A stretch of DNA of 28,584 bases from a virus (lineage: Duplodnaviria > Caudoviricetes), in the IMG/VR virus record IMGVR_UViG_3300020045_002388, positions 1 through 28,584 of that record. One strand, given 5' to 3'. This document shows positions 9,842 through 17,062 of this stretch, one piece after another; within the stretch, counting starts at the first letter, position 1; every line of letters begins with the position of its first letter. The notes under the pieces are model-generated. The model saw only the letters and a list, made by a program, of their open reading frames with translations. It was not told the origin of the DNA and searched no databases. Position numbers and translations under genes: made by a program.

Positions 9842-9863
9842 AGGCTTCTCTTTGGAGAGGCTT
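9842..9863 (+). promoter_or_regulatory. Stem-loop between holin candidate and endolysin
   Basis: aggcttctc-tttg-gagaggctt forms 9 bp including two G-U pairs; no clear U-tract. Confidence 0.45.
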
Positions 9864-9887
9864 GTTAAATTAATATGGAGGAATAAA

Positions 9888-10376
9888 ATGGAAGATCAAA
9901 AATGGATCACAAAAGCTAAATCATACATCGGACTAAAAGAGATTAAAGGTGACGCTGACGCACCTGAGATTATACAGTTTTGGAAAGACATAAAGAACAG
10001 CGGATTAAAAGATGATGAAACACCATGGTGCGCTGGATTCGTCGGGGCTTGTTTGGAACAGGTAGGAATTAGATCGACACGTAGCGCAGCTTCTCAATCA
10101 TATCTCAATTGGGGGGAAGTTCTTGCAAAGCCTATAACAGGGTGTGTCGTGATTTTTAAGCGTGACGGTGGAGGTCATGTTGGTTTTGTTATGGGCAAAG
10201 ACCAAAGCGGAAATATTATGGTATTGGGCGGTAATCAATCAGATGCAGTAAATATCAAGCCTTTTAAAACTGAAAGAGTAGTCGGGTATAGATGGCCCGT
10301 AGGAGTAAAACGCCCTATCGACGGCACATTAAAACTAGCTTCTAGCGATGGCAAAGTAAGCATCAATGAAGCATAA
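9888..10376 (+). CDS. Endolysin, NlpC/P60 (TIGR02594-like) peptidase
   Basis: DDETPWCAGFV (catalytic Cys), GHVGFV (His), LGGNQSD. Start moved to ATG 9888, which follows GGAGG. Confidence 0.85.
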   Translation: MEDQKWITKAKSYIGLKEIKGDADAPEIIQFWKDIKNSGLKDDETPWCAGFVGACLEQVGIRSTRSAASQSYLNWGEVLAKPITGCVVIFKRDGGGHVGFVMGKDQSGNIMVLGGNQSDAVNIKPFKTERVVGYRWPVGVKRPIDGTLKLASSDGKVSINEA

Positions 10377-10394
10377 TTACAAGGAGATTATATA

Positions 10395-10604
10395 ATGAAC
10401 CCATACACAACACTAGCCCTTCAATACCTCGCAGTACCGCTATTAAAAGGTATTGCCAACGTATCAATTGCTATGCTTAAAAAAGCTCCTAACGGCATCC
10501 CCAAGAAACTCGCCCTAACACTCTTAGAAGCGATCACAGAAAGTGAAGCCAACGGAGTAAGTCAAGATCACGTTAAACAAGCAAAAGAAGTATTACAAGC
10601 TTAA
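10395..10604 (+). CDS. Small amphipathic protein, possible lysis accessory
   Basis: AAGGAG RBS; follows the endolysin; no lipobox Cys. Confidence 0.55.
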   Translation: MNPYTTLALQYLAVPLLKGIANVSIAMLKKAPNGIPKKLALTLLEAITESEANGVSQDHVKQAKEVLQA

Positions 10605-10605
10605 T

Positions 10606-10627
10606 CTAAGCTATCATGCTATAAAAT
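10606..10627 (+). promoter_or_regulatory. Putative promoter driving sRNA-1
   Basis: CTAAG (10606)-N11-TAAAAT (10622), the same spacing as the other promoters; TGnTATAAA overlaps it. Confidence 0.55.
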
Positions 10628-10632
10628 TACCT

Positions 10633-10702
10633 GTTCCTATCTAGGACACCTCATCTATTCACCTCCTCCTAGTCGTCCTGCTCATCACAGGGCGATACTT
10701 TT
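10633..10702 (+). ncRNA. Predicted small RNA with anti-Shine-Dalgarno/anti-start-codon loop (sRNA-1)
   Basis: Promoter upstream; stem ctagga (10641-46)/tcctag (10667-72) around loop cacctcatctattcacctcc; terminator hairpin follows; no + strand ORF. Confidence 0.55.
10673..10702 (+). terminator. Rho-independent terminator-like hairpin
   Basis: tcgtcctg-ctcatca-cagggcga followed by tactttt. Confidence 0.6.
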
Positions 10703-10733
10703 CGACAACCTCTTATAAAAGAGCGTCGTTTTT
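10703..10733 (+). terminator. Second terminator-like hairpin
   Basis: cgac..ctctt-ataa-aagag.gtcg followed by ttttt. Confidence 0.5.
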
Positions 10734-10741
10734 ATCTACAA

Positions 10742-10763
10742 TTAAGAAACATAGTTTTATAAT
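10742..10763 (+). promoter_or_regulatory. Putative promoter for sRNA-2 and/or the early operon
   Basis: TTAAG (10742)-N11-TATAAT (10758). Confidence 0.65.
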
Positions 10764-10769
10764 ACACCC

Positions 10770-10816
10770 ATACCTAATCCACCTCTCGTTCTGGAAGTGC
10801 AAACGATTAGGTTTTC
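10770..10816 (+). ncRNA. Predicted hairpin RNA with bulged CCACCTC (sRNA-2)
   Basis: acctaa/ttaggt and tcgtt/aacga stems with an unpaired tccacctc; T-run after the stem. Confidence 0.35.
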
Positions 10817-10845
10817 AATTTTATTTATCAAGCTATTGGTAAATA

Positions 10846-10965
10846 GACTTCTAGGTGTTCAAGCCTTAGGGGGCAGTATTCACTTGGGTACTGCTTTCTC
10901 GAATTGAATAGCTAGAAGTTGCGTATTAGCAAAGAGAACTTGAACACCTCTCAATAAAACTTCTA
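10846..10965 (+). ncRNA. Structured leader / antisense-type RNA switch
   Basis: Rod-like hairpin 10846-10920; 10853-63 is perfectly complementary to 10939-49; 10913-20 is complementary to 10958-65. Confidence 0.55.
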
Positions 10966-10975
10966 AATCATATGT

Positions 10976-11824
10976 TTGAAAGCATACATGGAAACTACAC
11001 AGTTATATATTCTCACTGCTGGAGAATATTATAAAATCGGTATAACCAAGAGTATAAAAAACAGAGTCAAGCAAATACAGACAGGATGCCCTCTAGAGAT
11101 TAGAGATGTATACTTTGTCGAATTTGACAATAAATTTCAGGCTTTAGAAGCAGAAAAAAAACTCCATTCTTTTTTTGTATCAGCCTCAACATCAGGCGAA
11201 TGGTTTTTATCAAAGCAGGGATGGTTAAAAAATGCAGAGGATGCAATAAGGGTTATAAAAAACGACCTATTAGTGTATCTAAAAATATACAAAACATCCC
11301 CAAACAATAGGCATATATATTCGGATGCCCTTAGTAGAATTATGCAAGATAACACACTTGTAACTAGAAACAAATTGGAGCTTGTAAATATATATAAATC
11401 TGATTTACTAAAAGCTGGTGGGCAACAAGATATTATACTACGCATTGAAAAAACACAGTCTAAATTACTTAGACAACTTGCTATTTCTGAAAAAGATATT
11501 AATAAAGATGACTTTAAAAGAATAATGGGTGCTAGGCGTAGGAATGATGAAAACACAAATGTTATCAAAATAAAAAGTATTTCTACTTTTGGTAAAAATA
11601 AATTAACAAAAGCAAATATTAAAGACGTAAAAAATATAGAACAAGAAATAAAAAAATGCAATATTGGTGCAGATTTGCCAATATTAGAAGAAATAAAAAA
11701 TACCTACCCACATTTAAGTAAAATGTGTGAAAGCCAAGTGTTAAGAATAAATAAAAAGATAAATAAGGTTTCTAAAAATAACCCTTGCATCGGCAAAATT
11801 ATCAATAATAAGGAGAATGTATAA
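10976..11824 (+). CDS. T5orf172/Mug113 (GIY-YIG-like) domain protein
   Basis: LYIL....YKIGIT....R..QIQTGCP....EKKLH.....GEWF. Start may be ATG 10988. Very AT-rich. Confidence 0.8.
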   Translation: MKAYMETTQLYILTAGEYYKIGITKSIKNRVKQIQTGCPLEIRDVYFVEFDNKFQALEAEKKLHSFFVSASTSGEWFLSKQGWLKNAEDAIRVIKNDLLVYLKIYKTSPNNRHIYSDALSRIMQDNTLVTRNKLELVNIYKSDLLKAGGQQDIILRIEKTQSKLLRQLAISEKDINKDDFKRIMGARRRNDENTNVIKIKSISTFGKNKLTKANIKDVKNIEQEIKKCNIGADLPILEEIKNTYPHLSKMCESQVLRINKKINKVSKNNPCIGKIINNKENV

Positions 11825-12030
11825 TGGAAACTCAAAGCAAAGCTATTTTAGCTCACTTACAGCAAGGAAACACCATCACAGGCATTGAAGCACTTAATGA
11901 TTTTGGGTGCTTTCGACTCCCTGCACGTATTTTGGACTTAAAAAAACAAGGTCATAAAATCATTTCTGAAATGGTAAAGCTACCAAATGATAAGCGGATA
12001 GCACGTTATAGTTTAGAGGTGCAATCATGA
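11824..12030 (+). CDS. Winged HTH DNA-binding protein (HTH_39-like)
   Basis: Q...IL.HL..G.TIT..EA...FG.FRL.ARI.DLK..G..I motif. Confidence 0.8.
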   Translation: METQSKAILAHLQQGNTITGIEALNDFGCFRLPARILDLKKQGHKIISEMVKLPNDKRIARYSLEVQS

Positions 12031-12395
12031 GAGTTTTCGCACAATGGGAGCTTAACCAATTTGAGGCGGTATTTAATACCTGTATGAGTATAGCGTTAGG
12101 GCATGATAAAGACCGACCTATACAACTTAACCAAATACGACACGGAATACCTACACAAGAAAGCCCAAAAGCTTTTACGCTTCCAAATGCTCACCGCCAT
12201 CTAATAATTGAAGCAGGAGGGCTTGAAAAGTTCGCTGGTATGTTTTCCCCTATAAACAAAAAAGAAAGCATGAAGTGGCTTATAGGCTATCTTAACGACA
12301 AAAGAATACAGCCTAAAGAGTTTGAACTATTTGGCACTGTATGGATAGACCATAGTTTAAGCCATATTCAAATTAATTATGAGGTAAAACAATGA
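12027..12395 (+). CDS. Hypothetical protein
   Basis: GAGGTG RBS; ATGA overlaps at both ends. Confidence 0.65.
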   Translation: MRVFAQWELNQFEAVFNTCMSIALGHDKDRPIQLNQIRHGIPTQESPKAFTLPNAHRHLIIEAGGLEKFAGMFSPINKKESMKWLIGYLNDKRIQPKEFELFGTVWIDHSLSHIQINYEVKQ

Positions 12396-13060
12396 AGCTT
12401 ATCCCTAAAAACTGGAATGAGTTTCAACAGTATAAAGACCGTAAACCATCATGGATAAAATTACATAGGGAATTGCTAAATGACTTTGCGTACAGTTCCG
12501 TACAGATTGGTACAAAAGCTACACTACCACTTTTATGGCTGTTGGCTTGTGAGTATGATGATGGGATTATTGACGCTTCAGTTGAAGAGATTGCATTTAG
12601 AATACACATTGATGAAAAGACCGTAGATAAGGCAATTCAAGAGCTTATTGATAAGAAATTTTTTACTCTTGTACAAGACTGTACGGAAACGTACAAAATG
12701 GTACCTAGAGAAGAGAAGAGAAGAGAAGAGAAAAAGACAGAGATAGAGATAGAGGGGATAAACCAACTTGCTTTGGAAGAGTGGTTTAAATATAAAGGTT
12801 CTCGTTATTCAAAACAAGGAAAGACACTCACTATAAATTTTCTAAAAGAGTTTAGCGAATCGGTACAACTTGAAATAGTGAGATTGTCAATTATGAACAA
12901 CTGGAAAGGGCTATTCCCTCCAAAGCAACAAAAACAATCCGAACAGCGTATGGATATTTCAAAACTTCCCGAAGGCGTATCGCTCCAAGATTTGTTAAAC
13001 GAGGCAGGGGATAGATGGGAACAAGAGAGAGGAGTACAAAATGCACAAATTTCAAGATGA
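12392..13060 (+). CDS. Replication initiator / replisome organiser (lambda O-like role)
   Basis: KNW..FQ.YK.R.PSWIKLH N-terminus, HTH region, low-complexity linker, C-terminal SI.N.WKGLF motif; internal iteron-like repeats. Confidence 0.7.
   Translation: MKLIPKNWNEFQQYKDRKPSWIKLHRELLNDFAYSSVQIGTKATLPLLWLLACEYDDGIIDASVEEIAFRIHIDEKTVDKAIQELIDKKFFTLVQDCTETYKMVPREEKRREEKKTEIEIEGINQLALEEWFKYKGSRYSKQGKTLTINFLKEFSESVQLEIVRLSIMNNWKGLFPPKQQKQSEQRMDISKLPEGVSLQDLLNEAGDRWEQERGVQNAQISR
12490..12757. other. Putative replication origin inside the initiator gene
   Basis: GTAC at 12490/12500/12510 and at 12671/12681/12691/12701 (exact 10-bp phasing), followed by (AGAGA)5 at 12707-12731 and a purine-rich tract. 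Confidence 0.65.
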
Positions 13061-13625
13061 ACTAATCACGGCTATGCTGGAAGTCATGAACATACCAAAG
13101 TCAGGTTATATTGTTGATACTTTACGTGAGAAGCTATCACCGCTTAATCCAAAATATTACACCGAAGTGATGATGAACCTAATGGATAATCAAGATAGAT
13201 ACGCTAAACCAATAGAAAAGGTATCTACAGCCATTCAAAAGTCATTAGACAGATATATTCACCCTAAAACAATCGAGGAGCTTATAGGGCTATTTAAACG
13301 CTCTTATAAGGGAAGAGTTGTTAGTGATGATTGTGGAGCTTTTTATAAAGGGGTAAAAATTGCAGTATCGTCAGACGGAGAGCATTTGATAAATTTGTAC
13401 TCAGGTCACAAAATGAGTGAAGCTGATACGATAGAAGTTTGCGATTGGTTTTTAAAGAATCCTGATAAGATAGGAATTGATAACGGGTACAAATTTGAAC
13501 AACCTATTAGTGCATTAGGGTTAAATTATGGCGATAATCCCTACTTATTAGAAAATAAAACAGACGATACGAGAGCCAATAGCGAAGTAATGCAGTTAGC
13601 TAAAAATATTGTGAAGAGAGGGTAA
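13041..13625 (+). CDS. Hypothetical protein (helicase-loader position)
   Basis: AGGAG RBS; overlaps the initiator gene; function from position only. Confidence 0.55.
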   Translation: MHKFQDELITAMLEVMNIPKSGYIVDTLREKLSPLNPKYYTEVMMNLMDNQDRYAKPIEKVSTAIQKSLDRYIHPKTIEELIGLFKRSYKGRVVSDDCGAFYKGVKIAVSSDGEHLINLYSGHKMSEADTIEVCDWFLKNPDKIGIDNGYKFEQPISALGLNYGDNPYLLENKTDDTRANSEVMQLAKNIVKRG

Positions 13626-13627
13626 GG

Positions 13628-14278
13628 ATGAGAATACTAAACCTATACGCTGGAATAGGCGGCAATAGAAAACTTTGGGGTGATGAGCATGAGATCACAG
13701 CGGTTGAATATAACGCTGATATTGCATCAGTTTACCAAGACTTATATCCAGGTGACACTGTAATAGTTGGAGATGCACATGAGTACCTATTAAACAACTA
13801 CCAAAACTTTGATTTAATTTGGAGCTCGCCACCTTGTCAGTCACATTCGCAGATAAGAATATGTGGGCATAGAGCAGGTAATTGTGATGCTATATATCCT
13901 GATATGAAGTTATGGCAAGAGATTATTTTCTTAGAAAATTACGCCTCACTACAATGTAAGTATGTAGTGGAGAATGTACGACCATATTATGATCCATTCG
14001 TCAAGCCTACTGCCAAACTTGGAAGGCATTTATTTTGGAGTAACTTTAGAATATCAACCAATGATATTAAAAGCGATGTAGTGCTTGGCAATGTATCAGA
14101 TAACAGCACAGTTTTTGGAATTAATCTAAAAAACTATAATATGCCATCAGTGAAATATAAGAAGCAAGTATTACGAAATATGGTAAATCCAGAACTTGGG
14201 CTGTACGTCATAGAGCAACTTATGGGCATAGAACCAAAACAAAAAGAACGAAGTTTATTCGATGAGGAGTCAGCATGA
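13628..14278 (+). CDS. DNA cytosine-5 methyltransferase (short phage type)
   Basis: Motif I LYAGIGG, motif IV SPPCQ, motif VI VENV. Confidence 0.85.
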   Translation: MRILNLYAGIGGNRKLWGDEHEITAVEYNADIASVYQDLYPGDTVIVGDAHEYLLNNYQNFDLIWSSPPCQSHSQIRICGHRAGNCDAIYPDMKLWQEIIFLENYASLQCKYVVENVRPYYDPFVKPTAKLGRHLFWSNFRISTNDIKSDVVLGNVSDNSTVFGINLKNYNMPSVKYKKQVLRNMVNPELGLYVIEQLMGIEPKQKERSLFDEESA

Positions 14279-14589
14279 ATTGTGCAAAACACATTACTAC
14301 TTGTTTAATAATTACGAAAGATGGATTAGAGTTTTATGGTGAAAATCACTGTTTAGTAGAACAATTATCATGCCCTAGATTAGATGGAGAAGGGTATGAA
14401 AAATGTAAAACTGTTTGCTTTCAAATTGGACACGCAGAAGAAGTTGCTGTAATGCTCGCACTTAAAGCTAAGGCAAACCTAAAAGGAGCAACAGCGATTA
14501 TCGGACATGAACGAATTTGTGATAACTGTAAGAAACTTTTAACCTATCACGGTATAACTGATATTAAATTTTTAGGTATGCGTGTGTGA
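14275..14589 (+). CDS. dCMP/cytidine deaminase-family protein
   Basis: HAE...CDNC zinc-binding motif. Confidence 0.75.
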   Translation: MNCAKHITTCLIITKDGLEFYGENHCLVEQLSCPRLDGEGYEKCKTVCFQIGHAEEVAVMLALKAKANLKGATAIIGHERICDNCKKLLTYHGITDIKFLGMRV

Positions 14590-14608
14590 TACAATAAAGA
14601 CAAAAAGC

Positions 14609-14674
14609 TAAAACATAACACACTTTATACTTAATTAAGCTAAACAATGCTACTATTTTAAATACCAATGGAGG
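14609..14674 (+). repeat. 66-bp perfect direct repeat, copy 1 (promoter + RBS)
   Basis: Identical to 20276-20341; contains the CTTAATTAAG palindrome, TGnTACTAT -10 (14651) and GGAGG. Confidence 0.95.
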
Positions 14675-14682
14675 TGAAGAAG

Positions 14683-14751
14683 ATGAGTTACGAAGAAGCA
14701 AAGACAGGCGAAAAGCCAAACAGTTACAGAACAAAAAAGGCAGGACAATGA
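14683..14751 (+). CDS. 22-aa leader peptide MSYEEAKTGEKPNSYRTKKAGQ (not in ORF track)
   Basis: GGAGGTG RBS; its TGA overlaps the ATG of the Sak gene. Confidence 0.6.
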   Translation: MSYEEAKTGEKPNSYRTKKAGQ

Positions 14752-15404
14752 AAGATAAAAAGCGTGAGCAACTAATGAAGCCATTTAAAGAAGATGATAT
14801 TGAATGGCGTATCCAACAAAGCGGAAAAACAAATGATGGTAAAGTTTGGGCTATGTGTTTAGCCTATGTTACAAATCGTGCAATTATGGAACGCCTTGAC
14901 GATGTGTTCGGTGTATTTGGGTGGAAAAATGAGTTTTTACCTACACCTCACAATGATGGGGTAATGTGTGGTATATCAGTTAAGCATGATGGCGAATGGA
15001 TTACTAAATATGATGGAGCGCAAAATACAGATATTGAAGCCGTTAAAGGTGGGCTAAGTTCAGCGATGAAACGAACAGCCGTACAATTTGGAATCGGTAG
15101 ATATTTATATAACCTAGATGCTGGTTTTGTTCAAGTTGTAGAAAAAGGAACAGCAGGGGCAAAATACGCTAAAACTAAAGATGCAACATTTTATTGGCTA
15201 CCTCCTACACTTCCAAGTTGGGCATTGCCTATTGAAAAGCAACAAATAAAAGAGATTGATGAATTAATCATAAAAAAAGGTGCCAGCAAGGAGGATATGT
15301 TGGAATATTTTAATTTAACATCCGAGGAAGAGGCAACATTAGAACAAGCGGAAACAATGATTTCATTGCTACAAAAAAAGAAAGATGTGGAGGTTAAAAA
15401 ATGA
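14748..15404 (+). CDS. sak: Rad52/Sak-family single-strand annealing protein
   Basis: PF...DIEWR, LAYV..RAIMERLD.V.G...W and KGG.S.A.KR.AVQFGIGRYLY motifs. Confidence 0.85.
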   Translation: MKDKKREQLMKPFKEDDIEWRIQQSGKTNDGKVWAMCLAYVTNRAIMERLDDVFGVFGWKNEFLPTPHNDGVMCGISVKHDGEWITKYDGAQNTDIEAVKGGLSSAMKRTAVQFGIGRYLYNLDAGFVQVVEKGTAGAKYAKTKDATFYWLPPTLPSWALPIEKQQIKEIDELIIKKGASKEDMLEYFNLTSEEEATLEQAETMISLLQKKKDVEVKK

Positions 15405-15913
15405 GCCTACAAAAAACATACGTTTGCGCTTTAGAAGAGTGCGAACAAGGCGAAATTATAAACATACTTAACCGAAAGGCTGAGGCAGTAGGAAGTAACG
15501 CAACGTGTGACTATATCGGGCGATCACTTGATAATATACAAAACACCAAAGAGCGCATAAGCCAAACAATTAAAGAACTTCAAGAGATTAAAAAACGCTG
15601 TGAAGCTCAAGAAGAAATTGTTAAAATTGAAGTTTCAAAATGGCTTTTAGAAAATGGCGTTGAGAAGTTAGAAGGCGATTTAATCAGCTCGATAACGATT
15701 TTAGAAAAAGCACCTACGCAAAAAGTAATCATAGACGATGAAAAGTTAATTAACGTTTCATACTGTAAGTTAGTGGCCGATACAACGCTGATTAAACAAG
15801 CTATTAATGAAGGCGCAGAAGTAAAAGGCGCACGATTAGAAGTTACGCATAACGAAAGCTCAATACGGTTAAATAAGAAAAAAGTCAAAATTGTTGATGA
15901 GTTAGGTTTTTAA
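15401..15913 (+). CDS. Siphovirus Gp157-family (Gam-like) protein
   Basis: Coiled coil plus C-terminal D...IK.A...G.EV.GA.L.......R motif; adjacent to Sak. Confidence 0.7.
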   Translation: MSLQKTYVCALEECEQGEIINILNRKAEAVGSNATCDYIGRSLDNIQNTKERISQTIKELQEIKKRCEAQEEIVKIEVSKWLLENGVEKLEGDLISSITILEKAPTQKVIIDDEKLINVSYCKLVADTTLIKQAINEGAEVKGARLEVTHNESSIRLNKKKVKIVDELGF

Positions 15914-15957
15914 GTTGTATCCGATACATATCGGAAATAGTACTAAAAAAGAGGTTA

Positions 15958-16164
15958 TTGAAGCTCTTAAAATTTGGTGAAGGGGATATTATGGTTCAGT
16001 GTCATTTAATAGGGGCATATGCTAAAGAGAGTGATTTTACAAAAGAGCTTAACGATTTTATTGCTGGCTTTAATTATGAAAACATTGAAATTCAATTTAG
16101 AATGGTCATGAATGAAAGAGAAGTTTTATATAGTGCGTTGGTAATCATAAAAGATTGTAAATGA
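15958..16164 (+). CDS. Hypothetical protein
   Basis: ORF in operon; TTG start after GAGG, or ATG 15991. Confidence 0.55.
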   Translation: MKLLKFGEGDIMVQCHLIGAYAKESDFTKELNDFIAGFNYENIEIQFRMVMNEREVLYSALVIIKDCK

Positions 16165-16571
16165 AAATAACCCTACGTAAACAATATGGCATATTAATCC
16201 CATACTCTGATGAAGATCAAGCGAAATTATCTAAAATGTCAGACGGTGCAACTTATACTGTTGACATTAAAAACTTTGATACTCGCACAATAAAACAAAA
16301 TTCAGCTATGCACAAATACTTTCAAATGTTGGCTGATGCTTTAAACGATAGGGGCTTAACTGTATCAAAAATGGTTAAAGTAGAATTGAACTGGAACGAC
16401 GGCATGGTTAAAGAAACGCTATGGCGACCTATTCAAGAAGCTATTTTGCATAAAAAAAGCACTACTGAATTAAACCGTGATGAGATATCGCAGGTGTATG
16501 ATACGCTCAACCGTGCGCTATCAATTAAGTTTGGGTTATCTGTTCAATTCCCATCAATAGAAAAAGACTAA
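16161..16571 (+). CDS. NinB/DUF1367-like protein
   Basis: RT.KQN..MH.YF and ST.EL...E....D motifs, ending in FP. Confidence 0.55.
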   Translation: MKITLRKQYGILIPYSDEDQAKLSKMSDGATYTVDIKNFDTRTIKQNSAMHKYFQMLADALNDRGLTVSKMVKVELNWNDGMVKETLWRPIQEAILHKKSTTELNRDEISQVYDTLNRALSIKFGLSVQFPSIEKD

Positions 16572-16582
16572 ACAATAATTAA

Positions 16583-16637
16583 CTTAATACTTAATTAAGC
16601 TTAGTTAGTCTATAATTGTTCTACAAGATACGGAGGT
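16583..16637 (+). promoter_or_regulatory. Promoter related to the 66-bp repeat
   Basis: atacttaattaagct core, TATAAT at 16611 with the same spacing, GGAGGT RBS. Confidence 0.75.
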
Positions 16638-16642
16638 AAAAG

Positions 16643-16861
16643 ATGAATACAGATGGAAACTTAGCGGCATTAAATAGATACGAAAAACAGATGGAACAAA
16701 ATGAAAAACAAACAGAGCGTGAAATTAAAGAATTTCGTGACTCAATGGATGATTATGTTGATCTAATCGTAACAGCTTTTAATAAAGAAGCTAAGCATAG
16801 CAATATAAACCGTAATGAGTTAAAGGCTATTTTGCTTGAAGATTTAGGAGAGCAGTTGTGA
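16643..16861 (+). CDS. Hypothetical protein
   Basis: Strong RBS behind a promoter. Confidence 0.7.
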   Translation: MNTDGNLAALNRYEKQMEQNEKQTEREIKEFRDSMDDYVDLIVTAFNKEAKHSNINRNELKAILLEDLGEQL

Positions 16862-17052
16862 AAAAGACTTGTTGCGAAAAGTATATTTATAACCCAAAAT
16901 ATAATCATACAACGTGTAGAAATTGTGGTGCTGTTTCTCTTGACAGCTCAAAATCAACTTGGGGAGCTTATGCTAATCATACTTTTGAAAGTTATATTGA
17001 AGCAAGTAAAGCATTAACAGCTATAGGGATTAAAAATATTAATTTTCATTAA
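16858..17052 (+). CDS. Small Cys-rich hypothetical protein
   Basis: AGGAG RBS, GTGA overlap; CC...CxxC. Confidence 0.55.
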   Translation: MKKTCCEKYIYNPKYNHTTCRNCGAVSLDSSKSTWGAYANHTFESYIEASKALTAIGIKNINFH

Positions 17053-17062
17053 AGGTGAAAAG

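Noticed and set aside
10637-10670. Minus-strand AGGAGGAGGTG RBS followed by ATG AGG TGT CCT AGA TAG (MRCPR)
   Set aside because: Only 5 codons, and the promoter and U-tailed terminators point the other way. It remains the main alternative explanation for sRNA-1.
10604-10976. CRISPR mini-array or tRNA
   Set aside because: No 25-45-bp repeats with spacers; no tRNA cloverleaf or TTC-loop arrangement.
12707-12731. (AGAGA)5 as a phase-variable microsatellite
   Set aside because: Such purine tracts are usual in initiator linkers next to origins, and slippage would disrupt a presumably essential gene.
15920-15935. Inverted repeat tccgat-acat-atcgga after gp157
   Set aside because: 6-bp stem with no U-tract and no second copy noticed; could be chance.
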